A stretch of 63,806 nt of DNA, filler included, from Choristocarpus tenellus KU-1152 (GCA_964200185.2; 15 parts of 15 records of this genome joined end to end with filler, not necessarily neighbours in it), one strand, 5' to 3'; shown: positions 50,609-63,806, counted from the first letter of the whole stretch. Made by a program: numbers and translations. Notes: a model not told the origin generated them from the letters alone.

Positions 50609-50740
50609 CTCTCTGAGTGCTTCCAGTGCCTGCTCAAGGCACCTGATTGCTGAATTGACGTCATTTCCCTTTCCTCTCTGGAGGAGTGCTGTTCCGAGAT
50701 TAAATAACAGCTCCCAGGTAGTCCCTTCCTCCTCCAAAAC
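50609..50740 (-). CDS. TPR-like exon of an unidentified gene
   Basis: ag-VLEEEGTTWELLFNLGTALLQRGKGNDVNSAIRCLEQALEALRE-gt; NLG..L..G....A..CLEQAL TPR pattern; higher GC than the flanks. Confidence 0.7.
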
Positions 50741-50821
50741 CTTTCATAGCACATTATTATTATTATTATTATTACACACATAAGTAATGGGGTGTACATA
50801 TGCGAGTGGAAAAAAGTTGAG

Positions 50822-51122
50822 ACAATAATAATAATAATAATATAAAGAAAACAATAACAATATTATTGTTAATAATAATAATATCTAGAAAGCAGTAACA
50901 ATATTATTAATAACAACAATAATATAAAGAAAACAATAACAATATTATTATTATTAATAATAATAATATCTAGAAAACAGTAACAATATTATTAATAACA
51001 ATAATAATATCTAGAAAACAAAAAATATTAAAAACAATAATAATAATATCTAGAAAACAGTAACAACAATATTAATAACAATAATAATAATATCTAGAAA
51101 ACAGTAACAACAATATTAATAA
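50822..51122. repeat. ~38-bp AT-rich minisatellite
   Basis: AATAATAATATCTAGAAAACAGTAACAATATTATT units, about 7 copies. Confidence 0.88.
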
Positions 51123-53149
51123 TGCAAATCAAAATAATTAGCAGGTATTGGGTACACCGGTCTAGACATACTATCTAATACTACCTAAACTATTCTTGTC
51201 AATGTGCAACACAACAATAGATGGGGGTTGTCAGACACGCAGAGCTGGCTTCAACAAGAGTTCAACAAACTACAGGCACAAGGACATCATTTTCTTTTTT
51301 ACTGTGAGGGGTCAAACTCGAAAGTCCATCATCAACACGCCTCCGAAGAATCACGCAACCCCAATCACAAAAAACACACAACTTCCTGTGGCAATGGAGA
51401 CAGAGTCCTGCTTTCAAAACCTCAGCAAATCATCTCTGCAGTCCCTCTTCCAGTCCTTGGTCAGTGACAATGGTGGTACCATCAGACCAATGAACCATCA
51501 CCACTTCAGAGAACCAGGGGTACATGGTGGTACACAATGGTACCTAGTTGTACCTAGTGCCAACAAGCGATTCTTACTTTGGGTTAGGGTTAGGGAGGAT
51601 GGAAAGATGTACTCCATACCTGTACCATTAGGAACCTCCTCTGGTCAACTAGCCCTCACACACCTCAGTTCACAACATGAATCAATAGTTTGACCATCCA
51701 AATGGGTTCTATGATAATAGACAGAGGAAGAAATGCCTGGTCTGGTTCCACTCCGGAATGACATCTGCTGGGCTGGTCCTTTGAAGTCAGGAACAGATGA
51801 AATTTTACAGACCAACCTGTGGTTTGGACTGAGCCTTCTCAGAATGAAATCAGGTTGGAGCCTGGACTGGACCTTTCAGAACAGATGAGACCATGCTGCG
51901 GTCTGGACTGCACCTCCAAGAAGCAGATGAAACTGGGCTGTGGTTTGGACCATACCCCTACCGACTGATGCGTGTGACAGGAAACAACAACATACCCCTA
52001 CCCTCCACAACCATTTTTTGTTTGTTTGTTATTTATTATGAGTCTTCATCACCCACATACAGCCCGTTACTGTAATCCTAGGAAAAAAAAAAGCGAATCA
52101 TTCATCGCATCTGAATCCCTATACTCCATATACCTACATACACACACACATAGATACACATAGATACATACATACGTAGGTTTTGTTTTGAAAATAAAAT
52201 AAAAGACTGACCCAGGTTCCGACACCTTGTTCTATTAGTAACATTTGTGACATAAAAAGGAAGTCATTTGTATGTATATATTTTTTTCCTGAGGGTATCA
52301 CGTACACTTGCTGACACTGATGAAAAGGAACAAATATGCTGGGCTCTTCAGGGCTCCACGGTAAGACAGCTGCGTGACAGGCCGCCCTGGTGGAAAGGTG
52401 GTAATAACATGTCCATATGTATCATTACATAACAGAACAGAACAGAACATCATGTCACATCCCATCCACCTAGCAACAGAAAAACCAACACCTCAAGCAT
52501 GCCCAAGACGAGAAGACTGACCCTTTCCCAGTTCCTCACAAAAAAAACTGTATGTATGTATGTAGTCCCAACTAGGGCCTTGACTAGATACTGTCCACAA
52601 TGGTTAATAGATACAGCTCCCGCCTACCAAGGTTTGGAAAAAAGATTCGGACACTGCAGACGTGGTCCCTGTGAGGGAAACAGATGCATGAGTGATGCTA
52701 GAGCCAAGAGCGGTGTGGGTGACTGCCTGACTGACAGAAATAGATGATGTCCTGAATATTACTGACGTTACATAACTACATATTCATTCCCTTACATTCC
52801 CTCTAGGTCACCTTTCTGTCCCATCTAGAGGTATACAATGTAGTGCAATGGAAAGGGAAACCGGGTGATGTCGACATTGCTTTTGGCTCTCAAGAGTATC
52901 TGGGGGGGNNNNNNNNNNNNNNNNNNNNNNNNNNNNNNNNNNNNNNNNNNNNTTAATTAATTAANNNNNNNNNNNNNNNNNNNNNNNNNNNNNNNNNNNN
53001 NNNNNNNNACGGGGTGCGCATGCCAGGAGCCTCATCCATAGTGGATACAATAAAGGCAACCAAAACTCAATACACATTGAGGGATCAGACACCAGCGGAA
53101 GAATGGCGCTACCGCAAAGGTCATAAGGTTCCTCACAGACAGACAATCG

Positions 53150-54100
53150 TCACAAAGGTAGGCATACTCCACATGACGAACCCCCTCCCCACTCACATAG
53201 TTCGGCCTCTGCTTGCCACTGGCGACAACCCCAACACGTACACTCCTTACTCACATATGTACCATTCGGACTTATGTCACATCCGTCACTCCCTTCACGC
53301 CGACACGACATGCAGCGTCAAGATAACACATACGCACTTATGAAATGACTGCACAGATAGTCTATACACACATCCATCGCCAATTTTTTTTGTAGAAGTC
53401 TGCCAATCGGTAAACTCGCGCAAAATTACAAGATCTTCTTTTCTTTCTACTGTCAACGTTGACCATATACCCATCGCTTGTTGCAGGAATACATACCACA
53501 TATACTACATGCATGATTCTCCCCGCCCTCTGGACCTGATCCCTCCTTGCCACTCCCATCAGTCTGCACCCTCACGCCCCTCGATAAGCCATACAGTAAC
53601 CACGCAATAGATATCGTTGACTCATTATGTCACATCCGTGCTTTCCCCTACGTCAACGCCACGAATCACATGATAATCACACATACGCATTTACTAATCG
53701 ACCGTACACTGTCCAAGCACACTTGCAACCATCTCCCTTGATTTAGAACGAGTCTGCCAATCGGTAAACTAACCCAAGACTCCAAGTTATTTTTTCCTTT
53801 CACGTAACAACGTCCGTCATATACCCATCGCTTGCTGCAAGAATATATACCACGTGTATGATTTTGCCACTCACAATTATATCAATCCCTGTTTGCAACT
53901 CGCGACAGTGTACACCCTCCCGCCTCATTCCAACCCATATATTTCACCAAGGTAATAGATTTCGTCGACGCATTATGTCACATCCGTGCCTTCCCTTCAT
54001 GCCTACACCACGAATCACATGATGATCGCACATATGCACTTCTTAATTGACCGCTCAAAGTCCGTGCACACTTGGAACCATCGCCCTCTATTTTTCAAAG
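53150..54100. repeat. Diverged ~350-bp tandem repeat, about 3 units
   Basis: Anchor TTATGTCACATCCGT at 53272, 53625, 53973; shared GTCTGCCAATCGGTAAACT and CATATACCCATCGCTTG. Confidence 0.85.
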
Positions 54101-54164
54101 GTCTTGTTAAGAATATGCTTTTTATTCATGTATAAAATATGATTATGTGGGAGAAACATAGAGT

Positions 54165-56243
54165 TGTTGAAGTATTGTTGGATAATGGGATAATTGATAG
54201 TAAGGTTTTTGTCAGGTGACAACGGAAACATTGTCCGGGTTATTATAGTGCAACAAGAAGAATCCTAGACAAGGAATGTTGTAGCAAGTAATCGCAAGTA
54301 ATCATGGATTGAGTGACGTGATACTAGAATATGTGAATCGTAAGGTGATGACCCCCTTTGAGCTTTGAAGCTCACTCTCCTTTCTTACATCTTCCTTACT
54401 TCATGTACAATCTGTTCTATATAATGAGGAATTAATCGATTTAATTACATACACAAGTCTTGGGAACATGCTAGCTAGCACGACTTATTGAATTGTCCTA
54501 AGTTCTCAAGGCTAGCGTTACATCGATTGGAGAGGGAGTCCCGATGGAGGAGGCCGTCAGTTATAGAAGACGTACTTCGAGAAGAGCAGAGTATGGAGAC
54601 ATGACACTTACAACACCAGTTGAAGAAGGTGGAGAGGTGGTCGAGTCTGATGATGAAGATGACAGAGGGGCAGTTAGCAGAACCGTGCAACAGGGGGCAC
54701 CATCTGGCCGAAGATTAAAAAGACTGATTACGTTGCCATTAACAACATTCAAGGTCTACAGTGGTGATGACGATGGTGATGGATTTGCTATGTTTGAGCG
54801 AAAATTTCTTCCGTGTGCTGCCATGGGGGGATGGAAGGATACGCTGCTATCTGATGATCACTACAGAGTCAGCAGTGATTACTTTGACGCATCAAGATGG
54901 TCTGAACGTGAAATAGAGAAGACGAATATGGCGATGACTGCTCTGGTGATGGTTTTGGGTGGGTTTGCAGAAAGGTGACGGGCAACCATGATAGTCTTTC
55001 AGAAGCTTATCAAGCTTTACAGAACCACTTCAGGAGAAGTGGTATAACAGAAAGGGCTACCACGAGATAAAGACTTAATTCTTTACAATTACCTGCTGGT
55101 GAAGATCCGGCTATAGTCATTCTGGAATTTGACAACATAGTCAAGAAAATGCGATCCTTGGACGACGAACCCAGCGAAGAACAGCTGAGTGCGATGCATA
55201 ATTGTTTAACTGACGAGTACTTCATTGAGATTCGCCGGGTCACAGGTTACGGTCGGGCAGCAAGGATGGATCTCCAAAAACGAGTTTGCGAAACGTATCA
55301 ACTTCGCAAAAGACAACGTGAACGAAGGATGGGAAATATAGTGGAGGTGCATTGATGGTTGGAGGTCCCCGATCCTTGAACGGCAATGCAGGTTTTGTGA
55401 AGGATTGGCAGTCAAAACGTGCGGAGTGCTGGCTGTGTGGAGGACCACACTATCAATCTTATTGTCCCATTGTTGTTTCGTCCCGATCTTATACAGGTTC
55501 GTGATATATCTGTGGAGAAAAGGAGACAAGGCTTACAGTTGTCCCAAACGCTATGGTGGTCCGGGAGAATCGGGTCAACGTTCTTCTGGACAAGCTCCCT
55601 GAAGGAAGAAGAAGAATGGTAAAGGGAAAGTGGAGTGGTAATGCAAGCAACACTGGTGAAGCTGGTGATGGTGAACAGAAAGAAAGGTGTACACCAGTTC
55701 AGCTTGGAGGATTCTCATTGGTGAGCAATGATGGAAATATTGTGGAAGTGGATGAACTTTGGTTCTTTGACAGTGGGTGTTCGGTTCATATGACAAATAA
55801 TCCTATTGCTCGGATAGATCCAAAACCTGTGGTAGGGTCATCGGTGACTGTTGGGGATGGAAAGGTTCTACAAGTTTCAGCCATAGGTAATTTATCACTA
55901 TCTTGTGTACGGAAGAGCCAAAGTATCTTAGAGGGTAGAGCCGCGTCCATTTGGGAACCAAAATCCATTGTTGCGATTTGGTGTAATTTTGGCTATCGTG
56001 CTTGTTAGGAAGTGTCAATATCCTTATTCCGGAACATCCTTTTCATAACTCATACATTTCCCTACTCCGAAACATTTTGGAGTAGGAAAATGTCATGAAA
56101 AGAATCGTGGGAAGTCAAGCACCAAAATGGACAAACAGGGCAAAACCAGTACCCTCTAAGATACTTTCACTAAGAATGGGGAAGTTTCAAACTTCATCTT
56201 GCACAATGGTCATTTGTTCCTGGGTTAAAATTTAATCTCTTCT
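54165..56243 (+). mobile_element. Ty1/Copia element 5' half (LTR-like region, gag, protease), degenerate
   Basis: TGTTG start at 54165; gag-like ORFs 54544-55355; protease WFFDSGCSVHMT..VTVGDGKVLQVSAIG; frameshifted FVPGLKFNLF after the MITE insertion. Confidence 0.88.
55915..56172. mobile_element. MITE family C, full length, inserted in Copia pol
   Basis: GGAA|GAGCCAAAGTATCTTAGAGGGTA ... TACCCTCTAAGATACTTTCACTA|AGAA (TSD 3/4 match). Confidence 0.9.
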
Positions 56244-56350
56244 GGCTCAAAGTATCTGTGAGGGGGTGGCGGCTGTCCATTTGGAGTCATTTTTTTCATG
56301 TCGTGATTTTTGGGTGATTTGGTTGCCTACGTCGGATGGTTACTATAAAT
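56244..56350 (+). mobile_element. MITE family A, interrupted by a family C copy
   Basis: GGCTCAAAGTATCTG...GGCTGTCCATTTGG...GGGTGATTTGGTTGCC. Confidence 0.85.
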
Positions 56351-56353
56351 ACA

Positions 56354-56423
56354 GAGTGAAAGTATCTTAGAGGGTACGAATTTTGCCCTGTTTGTCCATT
56401 TGGGGCTTGGCTTCCCATGGGTT
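56354..56423. mobile_element. MITE family C terminus, truncated by contig end
   Basis: GAGTGAAAGTATCTTAGAGGGTACGAATTTTGCCCTGTTTGTCCATTTGGGGCTTG. Confidence 0.87.
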
Positions 56424-59400
56424 NNNNNNNNNNNNNNNNNNNNNNNNNNNNNNNNNNNNNNNNNNNNTTAATTAATTAANNNNNNNNNNNNNNNNNNNNN
56501 NNNNNNNNNNNNNNNNNNNNNNNGGTGGTAGTGGGGGTGTGGGGGGGGGGGGGGTGGTGTGGGGGCGCTGGGGGGGGGGGCGGGGTGGAGGTTGGTGGGC
56601 GGGGGGGGGGGGGGGAGGGTCTACAGTACAATCACATTCCCCAACTTGCTCCTATGTTGTAGGTTGCTCGATTGTTGAAAGGATTATTATCCGCAGCAAG
56701 GTGGATGGTCCATCACTTCTTGATGGATTATTGAGGGAAAGGAGATGGGGTTAGCATCACCTATTGCAGAAGTGCTCACATCCTCTTATCATAGCTATGA
56801 TAAGATATTATGACATGATATTATGATAGCTACAGTCAGTATATTATACAAATTGTTAGGTATAGGGTTGTTAGAGTACGCTATAATAGTGTGGGGTGAC
56901 TGAGATATGAGCAGTGACACAACATGAGTAGTAGTCCTTGCATGTGATTTTTCAAGTATTGTGGAGTGTTACAGAAAACAGCACTCTTAGACCCGTAGCT
57001 ATTGCTCAGAAGTAGGCGTTATAGTTTTGTTGTGGCTGATCGCAGTGATGGAACTCATATTAAAGACCCTGGGGAAGTATGTATAGCTGAGGGCAAAAAT
57101 ACACCCCTGTCTCCTTTCAATTGAGGAGAGTATTAGTTATGAGGGAGAGGCAGTGGGAGTTGAGGGACTAACTCTAAACCAAGGGGAAGACAGACCGCGA
57201 AAGCGTTCTCTCTCTCGAAGAACAAAGATCCGTGGTGGGTGGTGATCAAAGTGTCAAAAGGTGAGGTTCAAGTCTTTGCAGTTGACAAGTGGTATGTGTG
57301 TTTTCCACAACTGAAATGCTATTTTTCGGTCCTGTCGACTGAAGTTAACAGTACAGTATACAGTAGTTGCGAACAATACCTTGTCCACTGTGGCTAAGCC
57401 CGGCCTTTTAGTGGGGTCCAAAAACCGTCCGACCTTTTAGCTCTGAGCAAAGCCCTCTCTTTTTTTCTTCCAGTAAAAGGGACCTTCCTGATTGTTCTTC
57501 AACACCTTTCAGTTGTTGTGCTGATTTCCAACGATGAATGAAATATTCTGGCTACATCTGTCGCGGAAGCTCTTCAGACCTCAACAACGGTTCACAGGTG
57601 AATAGAGTGTGTTGGCAGGACAGGCAGGTTGAGCACTGGAGTCATTTTTTTTTACTTTTTTTCCATTCCATCAAGAACTGAACCTTGAAAAAGATTTCTG
57701 CCCTGAGAAGCCAGAGTCTCATGAACATGGTGGAAGCGTATCGGCGGTTGTTTCTTTCTTGTTATGAATTCTACTTCAAGCTTCTTGTGGTACCCTATTG
57801 ATACCTTGTGAGTGATTTTCGTGTCAGATTGGATTTTCAAAGTCCACCACAACTGCGAGTCCCTGCAAATATTCATTTGCTTTGAATCACATGCGATTTC
57901 AGATAATATTTGGTGTATGGTCCGATAATTGTCCAACTAGAAAAGGGGTCTCACACGCACCACATGGCAATGTACCTGTGAGCACATAAGCAGATTTTGG
58001 CGATCCAGTCAGTGGCGAGGCTTGATAGCAAATTCCATTACATGGAAATATACTGTTGTGATCCCCAATAAATCATTTGCCAACTTGTTCCATTTTTGGA
58101 AGTAGACTGGGTGGTCCTTTACTTTGTTTGAACTAGAGATCTGGAGGGAAACATGTAGGTATGTAATGTGCGTTGAGTACCACAACAAATACCCAACTAC
58201 ATGTTCCACCAGAGGTCAAACGCAACAGTGAGCATGTTTAGGTGGTCTCGTGCCCAATCAGACACATGTTTCACCTTCAGCTGCCTCCCTTCCCTTGATG
58301 GTACAACAACAGACGGTTTTGTCAGGACAAATTAGAGAACATGATGACCAGACGATCACAGTTACCAACATGGCCATCTCATAACAGTGTATGTACCCTT
58401 TCAGTGCTTCTCACACAGTTGAGGGTGCAGTTTGTCCGCAGTTGATCCTTGCTGTCCCAAGCACTCCTGTCAAACCTCCTCCCGCATCAGTGTCGAGCAT
58501 CAGCGTGAGTTTTCACTTCAAGCCACTTCAAGACCCTTTCTTGCTGTCAGAAACATTCCCTCATTGTGGACAATGGAATGGTTGGGTTAGCTGATCCTCC
58601 TACACTAGGAATACTAAAAACATCATTGGCTATTGTTCGTGAGGCAACAAACCATCTATTGATGAATTCAAGTACTACTGTATGGTTTGGTCCAATTGAA
58701 CTTTACAAGGATTAGTAACACAACATTGTGGACTTATCCACACAACAATACATGCACTCCTCCTGTGTGTAGGGGCAGTTATATTGTACCTTTATGAACA
58801 AAGGAGTAAGCCCTTGACCTCTTCCAGTAGTTCATGGAAGCATATCAGGTGATTTTCCAGCACATCCTCAACTGTAAGGCTCTAACGAACATTTCTCAAA
58901 TAATTTACTCTGCACTCAAGTGACTGTCTAAACAGGAGTACTATATGGACTGAAGCAGTTGAACATAATTCATTATGTACACCACCACCCCAACAATATC
59001 CATCCTTGACAACTGATGAACAGCCCCATATCTCCACATCCAAGTACCCCATACTATAGTGGTTAATGTCGGAATAAAAATTCAATGTAGTATACGTCTC
59101 TAGAGCCGTTTGACGCCACAACCAACATTTTCAGCGCAAATCGTTGACAAACATAAATGCACTATTGGCCCAAACCCCTTTGTAGAAGTCCACTCAAGCG
59201 CAACTGTGCCTTAGAAGCAAGTTGATCTAATACATCTGACCCCGCCTGACATGAGATGAGAGGAGGGGGGAGAGTGGATTAGAAGTGGAAACCAGCGGTG
59301 TAGTGTTGCACAGATTGTTGGCAAGAAGGGTTGAGGTGCTTTTTTGTTTGGGGGTAACTGGGTCTTGGCATGACAAGCGGCACAAAGTAATCTAGGGTAT

Positions 59401-60436
59401 CACAATGGGGATCAAGGGACACATTCACCATGCCCCTCGCCAAGCAACTTGATTTTTTATCACAACCCTTGGCTGGGGAGTAAGGTATCACATCACTCGC
59501 AAGAGGTCATTGATGAGGTTTTTTCCCATTTATGAATAGTTGAAGTCATCAACTTAATCTCCACACTAACATGAACTTTTTCAGCAATCATTCAAAGCAT
59601 GTGATCCTCCTCTTTACTCTTTATCTGAATCCCACACCATATATTCCACTCTCTTCAATCCACTCACCCGAAGCAAAACTCTGGTCTGCTTTGGGTCATC
59701 TCGGATAGCAGAAATCAACTCCAGTACCTCTGAATATTGTATGCATAGTGTTGGAGGTGCATATTGGTGTGTCAACGACATGAAAGGTGGATATTAACAG
59801 GGAAGGAAGAGGTGAGGATTGAGTGTCCCAAGGGATTTTTGTTAGCACATTGAGTGGATAAGGTCTCACACACAATTTAGGCCAGGTGCATAGACTAGCA
59901 GCCCCAAGGCCAGTCAATCAAAACCGAGAATTGTCACCAAATCGTTCCATAAGACTTCTGAGAGTTCGCACTACCCACACCACCATGCATCTTTCCCATC
60001 AAATGAGGACCACAGTCCATTATTTGCCGCCATGAAAACTCTAATCCAAAACTCCCCTGCAAGATCCAAAACAAAAACATTGTTGGAAAGGTGGGAAATT
60101 TCATTTCTCACCACCGCCAGCTGTATTTCCAGGCTGGAGGAGAGTTCTAAGAGCCATGGTCGGATCACTGTCCAGCAGATCCTGGTCCACACCAGACAAC
60201 AGGCAGAGTAATTCCACCACGCTGCTCAGAAACAAGTCCTTGTCACAAATGGGAAGTGGGAATACCAACGGGGAGGGGTTGGGCAGGAGTGAAACACTCA
60301 ATAAAAACACCGCTTTCTAGCTGCTGCATAAAAGGTCCAACTACCCCTACAGCATTACCCTGGACACAAAATGACCCCACAAGGATTCAGACAAGAACAA
60401 CTAAATAGTAGTAATGAGAGCTGAACATGTGCACGA

Positions 60437-60616
60437 GGCTTAAAGTATCTGGGGGAGGGGGGGGTGGCGGCTGTCCATTTGGGTCAATTTTTTTACGTTG
60501 CTATTTTTGGGTGATTTGGTTGCATATGTCGTATGGATAATGTAAATGCACCTTTCCTGATTTTGCCCCAAATGGACACCCTGGTGTAGAACCCCCCCCC
60601 CCCCCCCCCCCCCCCC
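60437..60616 (+). mobile_element. MITE family A, right end lost in poly-C
   Basis: GGCTTAAAGTATCTGGGGG...GGCTGTCCATTTGGG...AAATGGACACCCTGGTGTAGA. A separate right terminus lies at 60770-60804 on the next contig. Confidence 0.88.
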
Positions 60617-63136
60617 ACCACACAGCACACGCACACAACAAAAAAAATTAAACAAAAAANNNNNNNNNNNNNNNNNNNNNNNNNNNNNNNNNNNNNNNNN
60701 NNNTTAATTAATTAANNNNNNNNNNNNNNNNNNNNNNNNNNNNNNNNNNNNNNNNNNNNCCACCCTGTTCTACCCCCCCCCCCCCCTCCCAGATACTTTG
60801 GGTCAGAGGTAAGAATAATCTTTGCCAAGATCATATAGTGTTTTTATGCTCCTCAGGAAAAAGGGTACAAAAAGTGTGTCTTCCAAAACTACTACTCCTA
60901 CTTTGTACTGTGATATTATAGGGTGTCCCCACCTCCTTCTGCTTTTGTCTCGCTTCTCTCCTTTGCCTCAGATGGAAGGTGTTACCAACTCAGTGAATGA
61001 GCAACTCAACCGAATTATTGCTGATGCCGACGTCGACCTGGATCAAGGAACTCCTAGGCAAGACTTCCTCTGAACATTATGCTATTGACTTCGCATCAAT
61101 AGAGCGTTAAATCATTGTAGAAAAAGAAGAGAAAAAATCTATAGACCAGAATAGTAGGAAATCAGCTCCTCTTGTACACATTCAACTACGTCAGTACAAC
61201 TACATCATTCAAATTATATCCTATTAATAAAAGAACACTATATACTCTGCACCATCTCTAACCAAGTAAGAATGTTGAGCTGCAACCCCTGGCCCCAACC
61301 CATATACACCTGTAAGCGTTAAGCCACACCAGTAATAAATCAAGTAGAAGGGTATCATACAGACATCTATTCTTGAGGTAAGTATGCTGGTGTAAAGCAC
61401 CAATCACACCATCAGCCGGGTGGTTTGTCCCAAACTATTAGACACACGACCTGTTTGTTCTCCATCCACCCTTTCCTTTGGTGATCTACTCCCTTTTCGC
61501 ACCCAACTCTACTTCTCTTACTTTTGGTCATATCGATTTGATCACCTGGTCCTGCAGGAGTGACAAGACATACAGCTCAACAGATACGACGGATTCAAAG
61601 AGGATTTTCTTAACTCGGACAAGCTCGGTTCGTCCTAATCAGGAGGGTGTTGAGAAGCAGGTCCAACCCTCACATGGGACTTCGGGTGATGAAGCCGGTG
61701 CAGAGGAGGAAGATGAAGGAGAGGCAGGGAGTCGCTGGAATAAGACTCTAGAGTCTGCGATATCCATTCCTGAAGGTCCAGATGAAAGGGCTGACGAACA
61801 TGAAGCAAACGCTGCAATGACTGCATCCAAGTCATTTGCACTATCTCTGGGATCATTTAATTGATGGGTAGTGTCCAGGGTCTGCTCTGTCTATTGAAAC
61901 CTGCATAGAGGTCTTCTGTGAAATTTCTAGTAGAGATGTGCTCTTCCTAGAGATAGCTCTAGTAGGCAGTGCAAGCCAAAATACTGCAACAAACAACGAG
62001 AAATGATGATGAGCAAAGTTCTGAAGTATATTACAGGAGGGGAGGGCGTAGTGCAAGGGATAATTCTAGCATTCTGCAATTCGTTCCGGAGGTGGAACAC
62101 TGGCCCATTGTGAGAGATACAGAAGCAATCACTGGAGTAGGAAGTCGAAATTCTGGCTACCAGAGACCAGTCCACAATTGACATTGGTATGTAACTACTC
62201 CTGTGAAGTGTGGAAACTCATTCATTACAAAGGAAAATGTACAACAAAAGTACATTAATCATAAGGGCGGGTTGTTCATTATTGGAGCACTTGATGGAAA
62301 TATTTTTTTAATACTCTACACAAATAAGCATGGTCACACAAACTAGTTACCGTATGTCCTGTTTTGGTACCTTGAAACCCTAACTAATAGAAGTCTTCAA
62401 CTGCCCCTGCCCCTAACCCTAACTCTTTTCCTGAATTGATAGTGTAAATTGTAGTAGTGTCAAAATGCACTTATCCCATTAGTGCTTTGTGTCTCCAACC
62501 TCCTAATTTGAATCAATGCCTAAGGAGGGTCATGTTATAGGAATGGAGATATATTAAGCTGAAGAATAGTTGTATTGTGCACTGAACTAATGTGAGCTGA
62601 TTGTTCAATCACCAATCAACATCAAGCATCATGAAAAAAGTCACATTATCAATTGAAGGTATGTGTGACAATATCACCATGTAAATATTTTGCACAAGGA
62701 GGGCTCTGTTCGGTGGATTGGGTATACAACAGGGAGAGCGTTCATGGCAACGTGCTGTCTGAGGTCCGATTGCCATACGTTTTGAATGACAGGTTAGAAG
62801 GGGATCACAAATAGGATCAGAATGTGTTCAGGATAAGCAGGTGGTAAACCGCTCTGTGAAAATGTTTGGGAAGGGGTTTTTGACGCCATTAGACTGTTGT
62901 CGAGTGTTTCTGAATCCAAATTGAAGGTAGAGCGATGCCAGGCTGTCAATGGACATGATTAATGCACATGATATCACTCCCAGGATTCCATTGTCATTGA
63001 TACAATTTATGAGATTGGGTTAGTTCCGTGGTTCCTACATCTTTGCATCATATTTCCATCAACTTCGCCTCTTCTCACCTAATGTGCAAATGCAAGGCAG
63101 GAACCTACTGTTGGTGTTCTGAAATAACTTTCTTCA

Positions 63137-63398
63137 GAGTGAAAGAAGCTTTGAGAGTACGAGTTTTGCCCTGTTTGTCCGTTTGGGGCTTGGATTCCCG
63201 CAGATTTTCTGTGACTTTTTATCTACTCCAAAATGGTTCAGAGGTTAGTAAAAATGTGTATGTTACAAAAACGTGTGTCTGGAACAAGGATATTGACAAT
63301 TCCTAACAAACACGATTGCCAAAATTACATTAAAATCGAAACATTGGATTTTAGCCCCCAAACGGATGCGGCTCTACCCTCTAAGATACTTTTGACTC
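63137..63398. mobile_element. MITE family C, full length with TTCA 4-bp TSD
   Basis: TTCA|GAGTGAAAG ... TACCCTCTAAGATACTTTTGACTC|TTCA; reverse-complement homolog of 55915-56172. Confidence 0.92.
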
Positions 63399-63806
63399 TT
63401 CACGGCAACCAGAGTATGGTATGTCTCTATATGCACAAGATATATTCCATATCCAAATTCCCTTTCATCACGATCTAACATATGTTTTTTACCTCATTAA
63501 CATTCATCATAATTCCGTTCTTCAATACCTGTGATTTCTCCAGCTAGCGGCCTCCAATTACCCTCCTTGCTAACTGAAGCAGCAGCTATACCCCCATTAC
63601 CACCACCTCTTACTCTTCCATATCCTGTGCATCATCCTTAACCCATCCCAGGTACGGATGGGGTTTCCAAGATATAATTCGCATATTTGTGGCCAATTTT
63701 CCAAAAGTAGAAATAACACATATTCCACTGTAGTTTATCATTGACAGTGGTCTACTACACTCCGAGACTTCCCCCCCCCCCTGGTGGTTTCTTCCACCCA
63801 TTATCC

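Noticed and set aside
50609-50740. Assignment of the TPR exon to SRP72
   Set aside because: Only generic TPR similarity; neighbouring SRP72-like exons were not found.
57450-58500. Possible MULE transposase relic (VVVDFE, RFHH on the minus strand)
   Set aside because: Motifs lie in different frames among many stops; too weak to call.
61478-62200. Acidic ORF or gag-like region
   Set aside because: No diagnostic motif or paired LTR identified.

Overview
Eukaryotic nuclear DNA from a fragmented draft assembly. The window is 15 short contigs joined by 14 artificial 100-nt linkers (44 N + TTAATTAATTAA + 44 N), so gene order across linkers is meaningless. Two genes start with a signal peptide followed by an 'A-F' motif (bipartite plastid targeting), which points to a photosynthetic stramenopile, possibly brown-algal (inference). 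Intron-rich gene fragments reconstructed by hand: proteasome alpha-6 subunit head-to-head with a small basic plastid 2Fe-2S protein, an IQ-motif protein, a UHM/RRM splicing factor, an LCLAT1-like acyltransferase, VPS13, a plastid mTERF-like repeat protein and a TPR exon. The rest is mostly transposon-derived: Copia and chromodomain-Gypsy relics, a solo LTR with an intact 5-bp TSD, a mariner fragment, minisatellites and many short interstitial TTAGGG tracts. Most notable: (1) three internally unrelated MITE families sharing one terminal signature, with 4-bp TSDs in several copies; (2) an RT-less Gypsy gag-PR-INT-chromodomain cassette bracketed by 57-bp inverted arms; (3) telomeric repeats forming palindromes and, once, a splice acceptor; (4) GC-AG introns. 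No CRISPR array, rRNA or tRNA was recognised.
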